54,534 bases of DNA from Octopus bimaculoides (lineage: Eukaryota). Position numbers and translations under genes: made by a program. The stretch spans positions 2,589,095 to 2,643,628 of the forward strand of contig NC_068984.1 of the NCBI RefSeq assembly GCF_001194135.2, given 5' to 3'. Under the pieces are notes generated by a model, which was given only the letters and a program-made list of their open reading frames with translations, was not told the DNA's origin and did not search any database. Positions 28,740 to 40,721 of the stretch are shown in pieces. Every line of letters starts with the position of its first letter. Position 1 is the first letter of the stretch.

Positions 28740-29085
28740 TGAAGCCAGCCCAGGTCAACAAGGAAGCTATTCGCGAATTTTTCCTTGTTTGTCTTATCCA
28801 TCGATACTGGCAAAATCTTTGTGTCTTTTCTATAAGTATTTCCAGTCATTGCGCTGATAAACTTTCTGGACACGTGCCCTCAGTCAAGACCTTTAAACGT
28901 GTAACCCACTTTTGCCCCCAGACGCATCGTTTCTCTGTTCAGTTTCCTGTCAGTCTTAAGTTCTTTAATCCTAATAACTTCTTTCCTCAATCTGCTGCTC
29001 TCTGGAATTCACTGTTTTGGTTTTCTCTATTCTATGATATTCAGTCTTTTAAGCTTTCTGGCAATCAAGATTGTTTTTGAATTTG
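28740..29085 (+). mobile_element. CR1/Jockey-group LINE, 3' end remnant
   Basis: SLCLFYKYF / HCADKLSGHVP..FKRVTHF..HRFSVQ..NNFFPQSAALWNSL..YDIQSFK resembles the C-terminal FFPRT..LWNSLP motif. Confidence 0.65.
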
Positions 29086-29429
29086 CAGGACGCTTCTTTT
29101 CTTTTTAAGTACTCCCTTATCCTACAGTGGACTCAAGCATTGTTTGAGACAAAAATTGAATTAAAAAAAAGAGGCAGGCCTCCATGCTTCTGACAAATGT
29201 ATGAATCGATGTCTGAGAAAAACCCAGGAGATAGTTGTTAGTATATAGACATCTCAATTAGCATTTATGACGAAGCTGCGAAATAAACCCACAGAATCAA
29301 AGGCTGCAATTCTTTTTGTTAAAGTTTCACTAGGGTTATCTGTAGAAAAAAAACATTCAAATTATGACTGAATTGCATATCCAATCGATGCTTACTACGA
29401 AAATATCAATCAATGTTTACAGCCTTGCA

Positions 29430-29615
29430 AGGCGGCGAGCTGGCAGAAACGTTAGCAAGCCGGGAAAAATGCTTGGCGGTATTTCGTCTGTCTTTACGTT
29501 CTGAGTTAAAATTCCGCCGAGGTTGACTTTGCCTTTCATCCTTTCGGGGTCGATAAATTAAGTACCAGTTGCGTACTGGGGTCGATCTAATCGACTGGCT
29601 CCCCCACCCCAAATT
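29430..29615 (+). mobile_element. tRNA-headed SINE with Nin/Deu-type central domain
   Basis: Head GGCGGCGAGCTGGCAGAAACGTTAGC..GAGTTAAAATTCCGCC, then GAGGTTGACTTTGCCTTTCATCCTTTCGGGGTCGATAAATTAAGTACCAG. Domain name recalled from memory. Confidence 0.75.
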
Positions 29616-30183
29616 AACTTAACCGGTTTCACTTATTTGTATTTTTTTTGTAAGTTCTCACTATATGTAAAGTTGGGGGTTACCGCACAACTAAAATTAT
29701 AAGGAAGTCTTTTAAAAGTATTTATTAACTTAACCGGTTTCACTTATTTAAAAAAGATTTTCAAAGTAAGGTATGAGGCTTTGTGTATCCTCTGTGAGGT
29801 TAAAAATTAGTTTACAAAAATGTATTCAAATCAAGAGTCTTCGACAATGATGAGAAAAGTTCGAGGCTTTGTGTATTGTCTGTGATGAGTCAAAAATATA
29901 GTTTATATAAAAAACATTCAGATCAGGTAAAGAATTATATTACAATGATAAGAAGATAGAAATTAGTTTACATGAATATATCCCGATCAAGTAACAGAGC
30001 CACTGACAAGAAAATAAAACATGTTACAGTCTATTTAAAATTCTCGGATCTGGCTTCTAAGAGTCTTGCGTCTAAGAGTCTTGCGTTTGGCAGTTATAAA
30101 ACAAGATTGCAATTCTTCCGCATAAAATCTTACCTTTATCCAAAGATGTTAAATATTAATGAGATATCCCTTAAAGGCCAATG

Positions 30184-30236
30184 TCATCTAGTAGTCATCT
30201 AGTAGTCATCTAGTCATCTAGTCATCTAGTAGTCAT
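30184..30236. repeat. GTCATCTA(GTA) minisatellite
   Basis: About 5-6 units of 8 or 11 bp, directly visible. Confidence 0.85.
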
Positions 30237-30478
30237 TTCCTTTTACACTTAATGACATAAATTAAATATTTAGATGTGTAGGTGAAGTTATTGTTTACAA
30301 CAAAAGTGTGTCATGACTGAAATTTATATATTGTACCTTCAATAAAGTCCTGCAATTAGAGCGGCCACATTTTCTGACGGTTGATCTTTGGTTTGTGGTG
30401 AGTAATGTTGCATCGGGGAGTAATGGTTTTAAGGATTTAAGTTGTCTCTTTCTTTGTATCCGACAACTTTAAATAGTC

Positions 30479-30960
30479 TGGAGGAATGTCCAAGGGAAAA
30501 ACTTCAATAAAATGTAAACATAATACGCCTGATATAGTAATTTGGGATATAGAAGAAAAACTGTACAGTTGTGGAAATCAGCTGCCAAGCTAGTAGAAAA
30601 GAAAATATTTATGCTGAACTATTAAATATACAGCTACTCTACCCAGATTATAAGTTCAGGTTTATACCTGTAATTATTGGGGCCCTAGGATATGAGTAAC
30701 TCTGCCTAAATACCAATCTTGAGAAATTAGGCTTCTGAAAACCAGAAAGGAGAAAGCTGATTCGAAGACTACAGATCCAATCCATCAGTGGAACTGTAAA
30801 AATCTGTAAAACTTTCCAGAAGTTTATCATTTAAGTATATATGAGCATGTCTAGATATGCAACTATAAGCATGAGAATACATACATAAAACAAAACATAA
30901 AAATCTGCTCATATACATACATACTTACATACATACATGCATACATACATACATACATAC
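30479..30960 (+). mobile_element. R4/Dong-like LINE 3' fragment (REL domain, stop, 3'UTR) running into (CATA)n
   Basis: TSIKCKHNTPDIVIWDIEEK / TVVEISC / QLLYPDYKFRFIPVIIGALGY / KLIRRLQIQSISGTVKICKTFQKFII* (stop at 30832-30834). Near-identical to the inverted copy at 42691-43032. Confidence 0.88.
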
Positions 30961-32926
30961 ATATATACATACATATATGAATAAATATATATAAATAATT
31001 ATGTATATGTTTGTATACATACCTTACACGCACAAACACACACAGACACCACAGACACACAGACACCGCACACACACATGGCCAGGCGCATAATCACTTC
31101 GACTATAATATGCTGGATAATTTAATTGCTAATGGTTCACAAATACTGTTTATTGAGGAAATACCTATCGTTATCTATTGTTTACTTCTCGGATATCATG
31201 TGCCACGTGACATTATTAAATATATTGGGACATATCGCACCTGTAACAACCACATTCACAACGCTTATCGCTTTTGACCAATAGTTGTAGAAATATTCCA
31301 CCCTCATATACTTCGGTGTGTCCATGGATACCGGGGTGACATTCTGAAGTGTTCTGCGATATTTCCCATTAACACTATGTTGTCATATAAAGCGGGTAGC
31401 ACAGCACGAACCAGCAGTAAAGATGGTCGGGTCATCATTAAAAAGAAAGAAAAATCAACAAAAAAACATAGATGAAGTTGCGATCTGATAGGTGAGCACG
31501 TGACCCTACTTCTGTCGAAGTTGACAGAATCCTAATAGCTTGAAGTGCGATAGATATTTATAGGTATTTATACACGCAACTCTCTCACACGCACAAATCC
31601 TAAAACTTAGCAATCCTTCTGTGTGTGTGTGTGTGTATGAGTGTGTGTCTCTGTGTGTGTACATATCCATATATGCAATTTGATTCTTAATCCTTCAGCT
31701 TCTAATTTAATATCTTATCACTGCAAATCTGATATTTTCTTTCACTTTTATTAATCCCTCTCGCTAATCGCTAATCACTTTGCACAAATAGACTCTGTTG
31801 GATATAACTGAGAAATATTTATCCAAATAATGACAATATACATTTAATATACACAGACATATGTGTGTGTGTATTTGTGTGTGTGTGCTTGCGAACGCGT
31901 CTCTTCCTCAGTCTCTTCATCTCTCTACATATGTGTGTGCGTGTATGTGTATATATATGTGTGTTTGCGTGCATGCGTGTATATATATATATATATATAT
32001 ATNNNNNNNNNNNNNNNNNNNNNNNNNNNNNNNNNNNNNNNNNNNNNNNNNNNNNNNNNNNNNNNNNNNNNNNNNNNNNNNNNNNNNNNNNNNNNNNNNN
32101 NNNNNNNNNNNNNNNNNNNNNNNNNNNNNNNNNNNNNNNNNNNNNNNNNNNNNNNNNNNNNNNNNNNNNNNNNNNNNNNNNNNNNNNNNNNNNNNNNNNN
32201 NNNNNNNNNNNNNNNNNNNNNNNNNNNNNNNNNNNNNNNNNNNNNNNNNNNNNNNNNNNNNNNNNNNNNNNNNNNNNNNNNNNNNNNNNNNNNNNNNNNN
32301 NNNNNNNNNNNNNNNNNNNNNNNNNNNNNNNNNNNNNNNNNNNNNNNNNNNNNNNNTATATATATATATATATGAATATATATTTATATATAGGTATATA
32401 TACATATATACTGTATGTGTAGATAGTAGGCAAGTTGATAGGTAGATACATATATAAATACGCAGGTAGATGCATACATAGGTATGTTGTAGATAAATAA
32501 GAAATTACTGATGCATATATGCATATATATATGTATATGTGTGTGTGTGTATGCATATACATACATATATTGAGAGAGACGGGGGATAAGGAGAGAAAAA
32601 GAGATAAGGAGCGATTACATTTGTAATCTTTATTCGTCTCAAGATTAGGAATGTTTAAGTGTTGGATGTTATCTTGGAACATTTCTGTATTTGAGTATCA
32701 AACAGGATCACACAAGACTGCATAAATTGGCTCGTGCACATGCACACACACACACACGCACACACACTGTAAGAAATATAGTCACACAATGAGACACATG
32801 CACCCATATACCGAAACACATACCTGGTGAGGTATATAGACATATACCGAAGTACTTCCAGATACAGCAAGGCTCAAGCAGAATGAGGAACATCCATATA
32901 TACGAAATGCATACACACTTAAGAAG

Positions 32927-32957
<31 letters not shown>

Positions 32958-32959
32958 CA

Positions 32960-33003
<44 letters not shown>

Positions 33004-33179
33004 CAGTCACACACACACAAAAAGAGGAACATGCACACATCCTGAAAGACATGCATACACATCGTACATACACATTCATACACGCATACTGAGACATTTA
33101 CACCTACACTGAGACACACACACACTTATTGAGAAACACAGGCATACGCTGAGATATATTTACACTTATTGACGCACGT

Positions 33180-33210
<31 letters not shown>

Positions 33211-33859
33211 AACACGCACACACACACACATATACGATCATTCATATAAGTACGTTTGAACAACCACCAATCCTTGTGTGTGTGTATGTGTGTGTGTGTA
33301 TGTGTGCGTGTGTGTATTCCTCCCCCTCCCCCTAACCATCTTCACTTTCATTTATTTACACAATTTCCCTTTCATTTAATGCATGTTTCCCTTCTTTCAA
33401 GCTCTTATCTATCTCTTTGTTTCTGTTGCTTCTCGTTCCCACCCCCTCTCTCTCAACCTTTCTTTTTATCTCTCTTTCTTTCTGCCTCGCTCTATTCTTC
33501 CTCTTTTTCTCTTCCTCCCACCGTCCCTCTTTCACTCACTCCTTCACTCACTCCCTCCCTCACATTAATCCCAATTAAGATTACTTTATAAATCGATTCC
33601 CTTCTCATTGTCTTTGGACCTCCTCCAAACTAAGCACAAACACAGATACCCCTTAGTCTCCAGTTTCTACATTGGTCTTAGAGGAACCAACCAAGCGGAA
33701 GAACCATTTCCATATATAAAGTAATATGAAAGATACCAACGAATATTGGAAGCGATTCTTCGCATTGGTTATAAACATCAATCACAGCCCAAATATAAAA
33801 ACAAAACATACTCAAATAGAATTGTATAAACTAGAAAATTATAAAAATATAACATACGA

Positions 33860-33897
<38 letters not shown>

Positions 33898-34511
33898 GTA
33901 CGAATACACAAACACACAAACACTCATACACACAAATATACACATAAATGCATAAATAATGATGTTGTCCAAAGTATGTGGTGGTTTTCACTCTGGTCGT
34001 TTTGTTGTGAGTGTTTAGCAGCAGACATCTGATGTTTAAATGGGTTTCATACAGTTGCTGTGATGGATGAGTCCCTTCTCTCTGTCTTGTTGCAGTGTCT
34101 CGATTTATGGAAGCCATGCTGGAAAATGAAAGACGGATCCGTTTGATAAGGCTAATAGCAAATAAAAACATCAGTGGCAACAACAAAACAACAACGACGG
34201 CAACACCAGCAACAAGAATAATAAATATATCAAGTGCAGCAGATATAAGGACGAAAATAAAACGGAGAGAAGTGAAAGCAACAAAAAGCGATGTGATATC
34301 TTCATAAAAGGTATTATAATATGACATGCAATAAATAAACAACATTTATTGATTTTGATATTATTTGTAATATAAATCCAAGTAATAAATATCGATAACA
34401 AACACTGACATAATTAACAACAACAACAACAACAATAAAAAAAACTGTAACCAAAAACAGATTCATAATAATGGCAAATATTGTTTGAGAGAGAGAAAGA
34501 GAGAGAGAGAA

Positions 34512-34558
<47 letters not shown>

Positions 34559-34561
34559 AAA

Positions 34562-34592
<31 letters not shown>

Positions 34593-34957
34593 GAGAGAAA
34601 GAGAAAGAAAGACTTTTGCCATTAATGTGGTTGTTGTTTTGGTTGTTGCAGTTGTTGTTGTTGTTGTTCCTCATCTCTTAAATATAGAACTGTATTATTG
34701 TTGATGTTGCTATCAAANNNNNNNNNNCCTCCTTCTTCTTCTTCTTCTTCTTCTTCTTCTTCTTCTTTGTTCACTGTTGTTGTTGCTGTTGCTATTGATA
34801 TTGATGTTGTTGTTGTTGTTATTGTCGATGTTGTCGATGTTGCTGCTGTTGTTGCTGCTGTGATTGGCCAGGTTACTGGCGATGATGTTGTTGTCGATGA
34901 TGTTGTTATTGTTGTTGTTGTCGTAGTTATTGCCATCGGTGTTTTATTCATTTAGAC

Positions 34958-35218
34958 CATTGCTTCTCAACCGGGGTCTTATATGGCCCCTCGAGGGTCC
35001 CTATAAGATTTTTTCTTAATATTTACGAGTCATAAATCGCTCCTACTTTTACAATAACACCAAATATTTATAACCCATTTTTTAAAATACAATTCCTAAT
35101 CATATAAAAAAAAGAAGGAAAAACGATAGAATTGTTTTTAAGCATCGAATGGCTCTGAAGGTCCAACGGAAGAAAATCAAAATCATAATAGGTAAAAGAA
35201 AAAAGTTGTGAACCACCG
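34958..35218. mobile_element. hAT (Charlie-like) MITE
   Basis: TIRs CATTGCTTCTCAACC / AGTTGTGAACCACCG. The 8-bp flanks ATTTAGAC and ATTTAAAT match at 6 of 8 positions (decayed TSD). Confidence 0.65.
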
Positions 35219-35310
35219 ATTTAAATGTTTAAATTGGTGATTTTATTTTGTTGTTGTTGTTGTTGATGGTATTGCTACTGTTGATATCATTGTTGATCAT
35301 TATTTTCATC

Positions 35311-35425
35311 TGACGGATATTTGTCCTCATCTTGTTTGTTGTTAACACAACGTTTCAGCTGATGTATTCTCCAACCTTCATCAGGTGTCTTGGGGAAATT
35401 CCTAAGATATTTTTCGATGTTGTTG

Positions 35426-35473
<48 letters not shown>

Positions 35474-35596
35474 TCACTGCCTAGAATCGAACTCGGATTT
35501 CTTGGGGGTTAATAGCCCGCGCTCTTAATCACTACGTCAAATGTAAATAATGTAAATAATGTGAATAATTCCTCATCTCTTAAATATAGAACTGTA
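35311..35596 (-). mobile_element. tRNA-headed SINE-like element carrying a hammerhead ribozyme, with a probable inverted terminal segment
   Basis: Minus strand: tRNA-like head CGTAGTGATTAAGAGCGCGGG..GAGTTCGATTC (35536-35470), (TAA)n, hammerhead (35389-35344), tail ending ATCCGTCA (35311). The + strand segment 35535-35596 starts with the same CGTCA. Confidence 0.75.
35344..35389 (-). ncRNA. Minimal type I hammerhead ribozyme (Penelope-type)
   Basis: GACAC-CTGATGA-A-GGTTG-gagaatacat-CAGCT-GAAA-C-G-T-T-GTGTT. 5-bp helix I, 5-bp helix II with two G.U pairs, loopless palindromic helix III (AACGTT), GUU triplet. Confidence 0.75.
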
Positions 35597-35797
35597 TTAT
35601 TGTTGATGTTGCTATCAAATACTTATTTTTAAGCATTATTAGCGAACAACCTGTCCCCACTCTCCAAGACAATCTGTAGAACTGTTTCACCTACCGTTTC
35701 TAAAGTAATTTCATCGTTGTTAACTTCCCCGGTCTCTATAAATTAATGTTGCAAAAGGCCACGGAAACTTTACTTAGCACTGTCTTTCATCTTTTAG

Positions 35798-35999
35798 CTT
35801 CCTCGACTGGAGATGCGCCACTGGTGACACTGAACTAAATCTACAGACAGTTCCGAGAAGAACTGAAACGGTTTCAAGTGATGCAGACAACTTTGATGTC
35901 TTTCAAAAGACCACCAACTTCCTTCTGTCAAAACAACCAATGAACGAACAAAAGATCTCAGATTCTTGTGGGAAAATATTTGAGGAAGGATATCAGTGA
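35798..35999 (+). CDS. Candidate terminal coding exon of an unidentified + strand gene
   Basis: Strong acceptor ACTGTCTTTCATCTTTTAG|, then 66 open codons FLDWRCATGDTELNLQTVPRRTETVSSDADNFDVFQKTTNFLLSKQPMNEQKISDSCGKIFEEGYQ*. AATAAA at 36112-36117. No homology recognised. Confidence 0.4.
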
Positions 36000-36369
36000 C
36001 GTATATGAAGTTTAATTTCTCCTTAAGACAAAAGGCGAACCTAATGAGCAAACGAAATTATAGTCGGATCAATCAATACCGTTATGATTGATAAATCGAT
36101 TCTAGTTTCAGAATAAAAGTTATTTAGTTCTGCTGGATTATATTACATATCTTGAAAAAAAACTTGGTCTTGTGCTTAAAAGAAACTTTTACGCTTAAAA
36201 GGAAGGTGGAGTGGCGATAATACAAATAAATTGACAGACAGATTGGCTGATTGGTCCTCCATCGGTTACGACGACGAGTGTTCCAATTGATTCGGCCAAC
36301 CGAACAGTCTACTCGTGAAGTTAATGTGCAAGTGGCCGAGTACTCTGCGGACATATTCTTAATATAGCT

Positions 36370-36572
36370 CTTAAGGAGATTCAGTGTGACACAAAATGCA
36401 ACAAGGCTGGCCCTTGTGAATTACAGGTACTACTCATTTTTGCCAGGTGAGTGGAGTGAAGGAACGTGAAATAAAGTGTCTTGCTGAATGAGACAACGCA
36501 CGCCGAAAATTGAACTCACAACATTCCAACCACGAGACGAATATCATTAACTACTCACCCACGTACCATTCA
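36370..36572 (-). mobile_element. CORE-type tRNA SINE (older copy)
   Basis: ACTCATTTTTGCCAGGTGAGTGGA..GAACGTGAAATAAAGTGTCTTGCT..TTGAACTCACAAC parallels 1140-1240. Confidence 0.65.
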
Positions 36573-36665
36573 CATAAAAAGTAGGAACGACAGTTTTTAT
36601 AACATTTTCTACTTACCTCTCAGTTTTGAACTCATATTCCACCAGGTTCAATTTCTCATCTTATA

Positions 36666-37000
36666 CAGGGTCTTCGAAAAGTCTGTCGGCAGTAAGTATT
36701 TTATTGCAAAATACATATTCATAAGATGGTATAAGACTACAAAAGAATATATTAGACTTTACAAGACTTTAAAAACACTTTATAAGAGGTGTTGATGGTG
36801 TCGTCCTTCATTTTCAATAACATAAGTTGACTCTTCTCCACATGTTTTGAAATACATTCTTGGAGAGTCGTCTGACGCAGTATGGACCGTGTGAAGGTTA
36901 TAATTGCGTCTTTTAGCTCGTTAATGGTTTTCGGGCGATTCTTGTACACTGATCCTTTATTTGCTCCCCAGAAAAAAAGTCAGGAGATCTTGGTGGCCAA
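36666..37000 (-). mobile_element. Tc1/mariner-superfamily transposase 3' remnant with one terminal repeat
   Basis: Minus strand WPPRSPD..FF.WG (36999-36965), then YKNRPKTINELKDAI. The end reads TA|CAGGGTCTTCGAAAAG (TA at 36664-36665). Confidence 0.75.
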
Positions 37001-37234
37001 AGCAGGACCTTACTTCTAGTTCTCGGTCCCAGGACTTATTTAGCTGATACACAGACCGGACTCGGCCGTACCTGGGATATTCGATCGTATCAATTACATT
37101 ACGACATTTGTGTTTTATTGTTGGCAGCTTCCAAACCGGATTACAATGTTCCGATAATTGTGGGAGTTCAATAATTTGAAGAACAAGACCCGTTCAACGG
37201 CGGCAACAGCAGCAAAGGCAACAAGATGATCTTC

Positions 37235-38515
37235 TTTGTAAAACTAGTAGTATATCTTCTTCACTAATGTCGATATATTCCATCGTAACTGCCTCGCTGG
37301 TTAGAGGTGAGGCGGCAAAGAAGACCACTGGTTCGTTCACTTGTCTGCGTTCCAACATGGTGGTAAAGACATTTTTGAACTGGTCATTCAGTACATCACT
37401 GATCCTTGTTGGACTATCTGTGAGGGAGCCATCCTTTTAGAAGAGGGGTCCTATCATGCAGTGTAATTAGGCTGTTTCTTTGGCATAATGAAAGAAGGCC
37501 TTTGGGTTTGACTTAATGTTTTATATAACCCAAGCTTCTTTGTCTGCTCTTTCTCGCACATAGGATTGTTGCAGGATTTTTTCAATCTCCATCAGTGTCA
37601 TTTTTAGGTGAGACCTTTCGCTACTTTTGGAATGTTGGTTGAAGCGATTTGCAACCTTCGCCCGTCGTCTCATGAGGATCTTCCTCTCCCTTGGAATCTT
37701 GTTTGTTTTTGTGTTGGCCTTGTGCTATGGGACATATTTCTGGCATATGGTTTGCATAACAGACATGAAATATTCTAGTTTCATGCCAATGTCTGGTGTG
37801 GAGAGATATTTCGGCCAGTCCTGTCAGAGAATCTCTTTATGGATTGATTTCCAGTCTGCTTTGTGGAAGTTCAGATTGGAGAGATTTTGGGTGCTTCCTT
37901 TAGGCTGTATGTCTCTGGCTACTTTCGGCCCAAACATAGACAGTTCAATTATGTTGCGATCCGAAACTAATGTCGGCGTCACTTTTACATCATGAACGAT
38001 GTCTATATTCTTCGTGAAGCAGATATCCAAAATGTCATTCGCCTTAATTGGTCTGAGCACAACCTGCTCCATGAATAGGGCATTGGTGAGGTTGAGCAGA
38101 GATTTCACCTGTGCTTGTTTGCAATGAGTCATTCCTGAGAGCATGAGGCCTTCGGGCCATTTGACATTGGGGTAGTTGAAATCACCCATAAGAAATACGC
38201 TCACGTTGTGTTCCAGTTTCATGATGATTTCTTTAATTCTTGTGAGACAATCTTCAAACTTTCCTAAGTGGTTTGGAGCATCCGATGGGTGATATGTATT
38301 GCATATGACTATATTATGTTGTCCTATGTATACAATTAGAGTGTCACATACTGAATTTGAGTATGACAGTAAGACCTGGAGTGTGAGGTCTTCACGGATG
38401 TATGCAGCAACTCCACCATGGCTCCTTTCCCTTATGTCTGTTCGCAGTATGACATATTTTGGTAAGTGTACTTCTGCATCCTCTATATCAGGGCCCAGAT
38501 GGGTTTCCACGAGTC
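37235..38515 (-). mobile_element. CR1-like LINE ORF2 5' part (APE endonuclease plus linker), decayed
   Basis: GLVETHL..LRTDIRERSHGGVAAYIR..VFLMGDFNYPNVKW..NDILDICFT..LVSDRNII..LNFHKADW, then NIKSNPKAFFHYAK and DISEEDILL with stops and frameshifts. Confidence 0.9.
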
Positions 38516-38850
38516 CTCTCCTCCTGCTCCTCCTGCTCCTCCTGCACCTGATCCTGCTCCTCCTGCGCCTCCTGCCCCTCCTCCTGCTCCTCCTCCTGCT
38601 CCTCCTCCTCCTCCTCCTCCTCATCAACATCATCATCACTATCAACATCGTCGTCGTCGTCATCGTTGTCATCATCACCATCATCATCATCATCATCATC
38701 ATCAACATCAGCATCACTATCAATATCATCGTCGTCGTCGTCATCATCCTCATCATCGTCGTCATTTTCATCATCATCATCATCATCCTCATCATCATTA
38801 TCAACAACAACAACAACAACAGCAACAACGACAACAAGAAGAACAATAAT
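38516..38850. repeat. Compound trinucleotide array (CCT/GCT)-(CAT/CGT)-(CAA)
   Basis: Directly visible; abuts the truncation point of the CR1-like fragment. Confidence 0.95.
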
Positions 38851-39214
38851 AAGACGAGCAACGTAAACAGTATCATTAAATGAACATCAAGAGGAAGAAG
38901 AACAAGCGCGACGGGGTCAGAGTTCGTGAAAGTAAGGTGAAGCCAGATCAGACTGGTTTAAGTCGCCGTTTTGCCAGGCGCCATATTAACAATGAGATTG
39001 CCGAATGGTTTTGGGTTGTCTGTTTTAAAGATTTACTGATATACATTACTGCGCATGCGCATTAATATATATCATGCGCGTGCCGGTTGATTCATTAACG
39101 CATATGTATGCACCCACGCATACACATACACACACATAAAGACACACCAATACACACACACACACACACCCATGCACTCTTATATATACATACATTGCAT
39201 ATATACATACATAC

Positions 39215-39252
<38 letters not shown>

Positions 39253-40260
39253 NNNNNNNNNNNNNNNNNNNNNNNNNNNNNNNNNNNNNNNNNNNNNNNN
39301 NNNNNNNNNNNNNNNNNNNNNNNNNNNNNNNNNNNNNNNNNNNNNNNNNNNNNNNNNNNNNNNNNNNNNNNNNNNNNNNNNNNNNNNNNNNNNNNNNNNN
39401 NNNNNNNNNNNNNNNNNNNNNNNNNNNNNNNNNNNNNNNNNNNNNNNNNNNNNNNNNNNNNNNNNNNNNNNNNNNNNNNNNNNNNNNNNNNNNNNNNNNN
39501 NNNNNNNNNNNNNNNNNNNNNNNNNNNNNNNNNNNNNNNNNNNNNNNNNNNNNNNNNNNNNNNNNNNNNNNNNNNNNNNNNNNNNNNNNNNNNNNNNNNN
39601 NNNNNNNNNNNNNNNNNNNNNNNNNNNNNNNNNNNNNNNNNNNNNNNNNNNNNNNNNNNNNNNNNNNNNNNNNNNNNNNNNNNNNNNNNNNNNNNNNNNN
39701 NNNNNNNNNNNNNNNNNNNNNNNNNNNNNNNNNNNNNNNNNNNNNNNNNNNNNNNNNNNNNNNNNNNNNNNNNNNNNNNNNNNNNNNNNNNNNNNNNNNN
39801 NNNNNNNNNNNNNNNNNNNNNNNNNNNNNNNNNNNNNNNNNNNNNNNNNNNNNNNNNNNNNNNNNNNNNNNNNNNNNNNNNNNNNNNNNNNNNNNNNNNN
39901 NNNNNNNNNNNNNNNNNNNNNNNNNNNNNNNNNNNNNNNNNNNNNNNNNNNNNNNNNNNNNNNNNNNNNNNNNNNNNNNNNNNNNNNNNNNNNNNNNNNN
40001 NNNNNNNNNNNNNNNNNNNNNNNNNNNNNNNNNNNNNNNNNNNNNNNNNNNNNNNNNNNNNNNNNNNNNNNNNNNNNNNNNNNNNNNNNNNNNNNNNNNN
40101 NNNNNNNNNNNNNNNNNNNNNNNNNNNNNNNNNNNNNNNNNNNNNNNNNNNNNNNNNNNNNNNNNNNNNNNNNNNNNNNNNNNNNNNNNNNNNNNNNNNN
40201 NNTATATATATATATATACCTATATATATAAATCATACATATGTACGTATATATATACGG

Positions 40261-40329
<69 letters not shown>

Positions 40330-40571
40330 AAGAAGCGTGCATATGTTTTTTGCAACAACTTAGCTACAGCATATAGTAATATCGGATCTCAGACATGCAT
40401 TTGCATATGTGTGTGAGTGCGCGTGTGTTTACATGTGCATGTTGACATTACTGGTTAGTTATGGTGGCATTACTAATTCATGTCTGTACGTTGCCAACAT
40501 TAAAAAATATGGGTGCTTTACACAACAAGCACAGAAACCAACAGGAGTTGCACCTTCTGGATTAAATATTT

Positions 40572-40682
40572 GTAACCACATGGTTCCGGGTTCAGCTTGG
40601 GCAAGTGTCTTCTACTATAGCCACGGACCGACCAAAGCCTTGTGAGTGTATTTGGTAGACGAAAACTGAGAGAAGCCCGCCG

Positions 40683-40721
<39 letters not shown>

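Noticed and set aside
35470-35536. tRNA gene
   Set aside because: The acceptor stem is missing and the sequence continues into a SINE body. This and the other A/B-box sequences are SINE heads, not functional tRNA genes.
37824-38876. 350-aa ORF with poly-Leu/Met/Arg N-terminus fused to an endonuclease
   Set aside because: The N-terminus is the reverse complement of a stop-free trinucleotide array abutting a truncated CR1 fragment. The fusion is fortuitous and the downstream ORF is broken.
38979-39061. YY1-like CGCCATATT and NRF1-like TGCGCATGCGCA motifs
   Set aside because: Alternating purine-pyrimidine strings of this kind arise readily next to CA/TA microsatellites (a similar string lies near 54215). 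No independent support.
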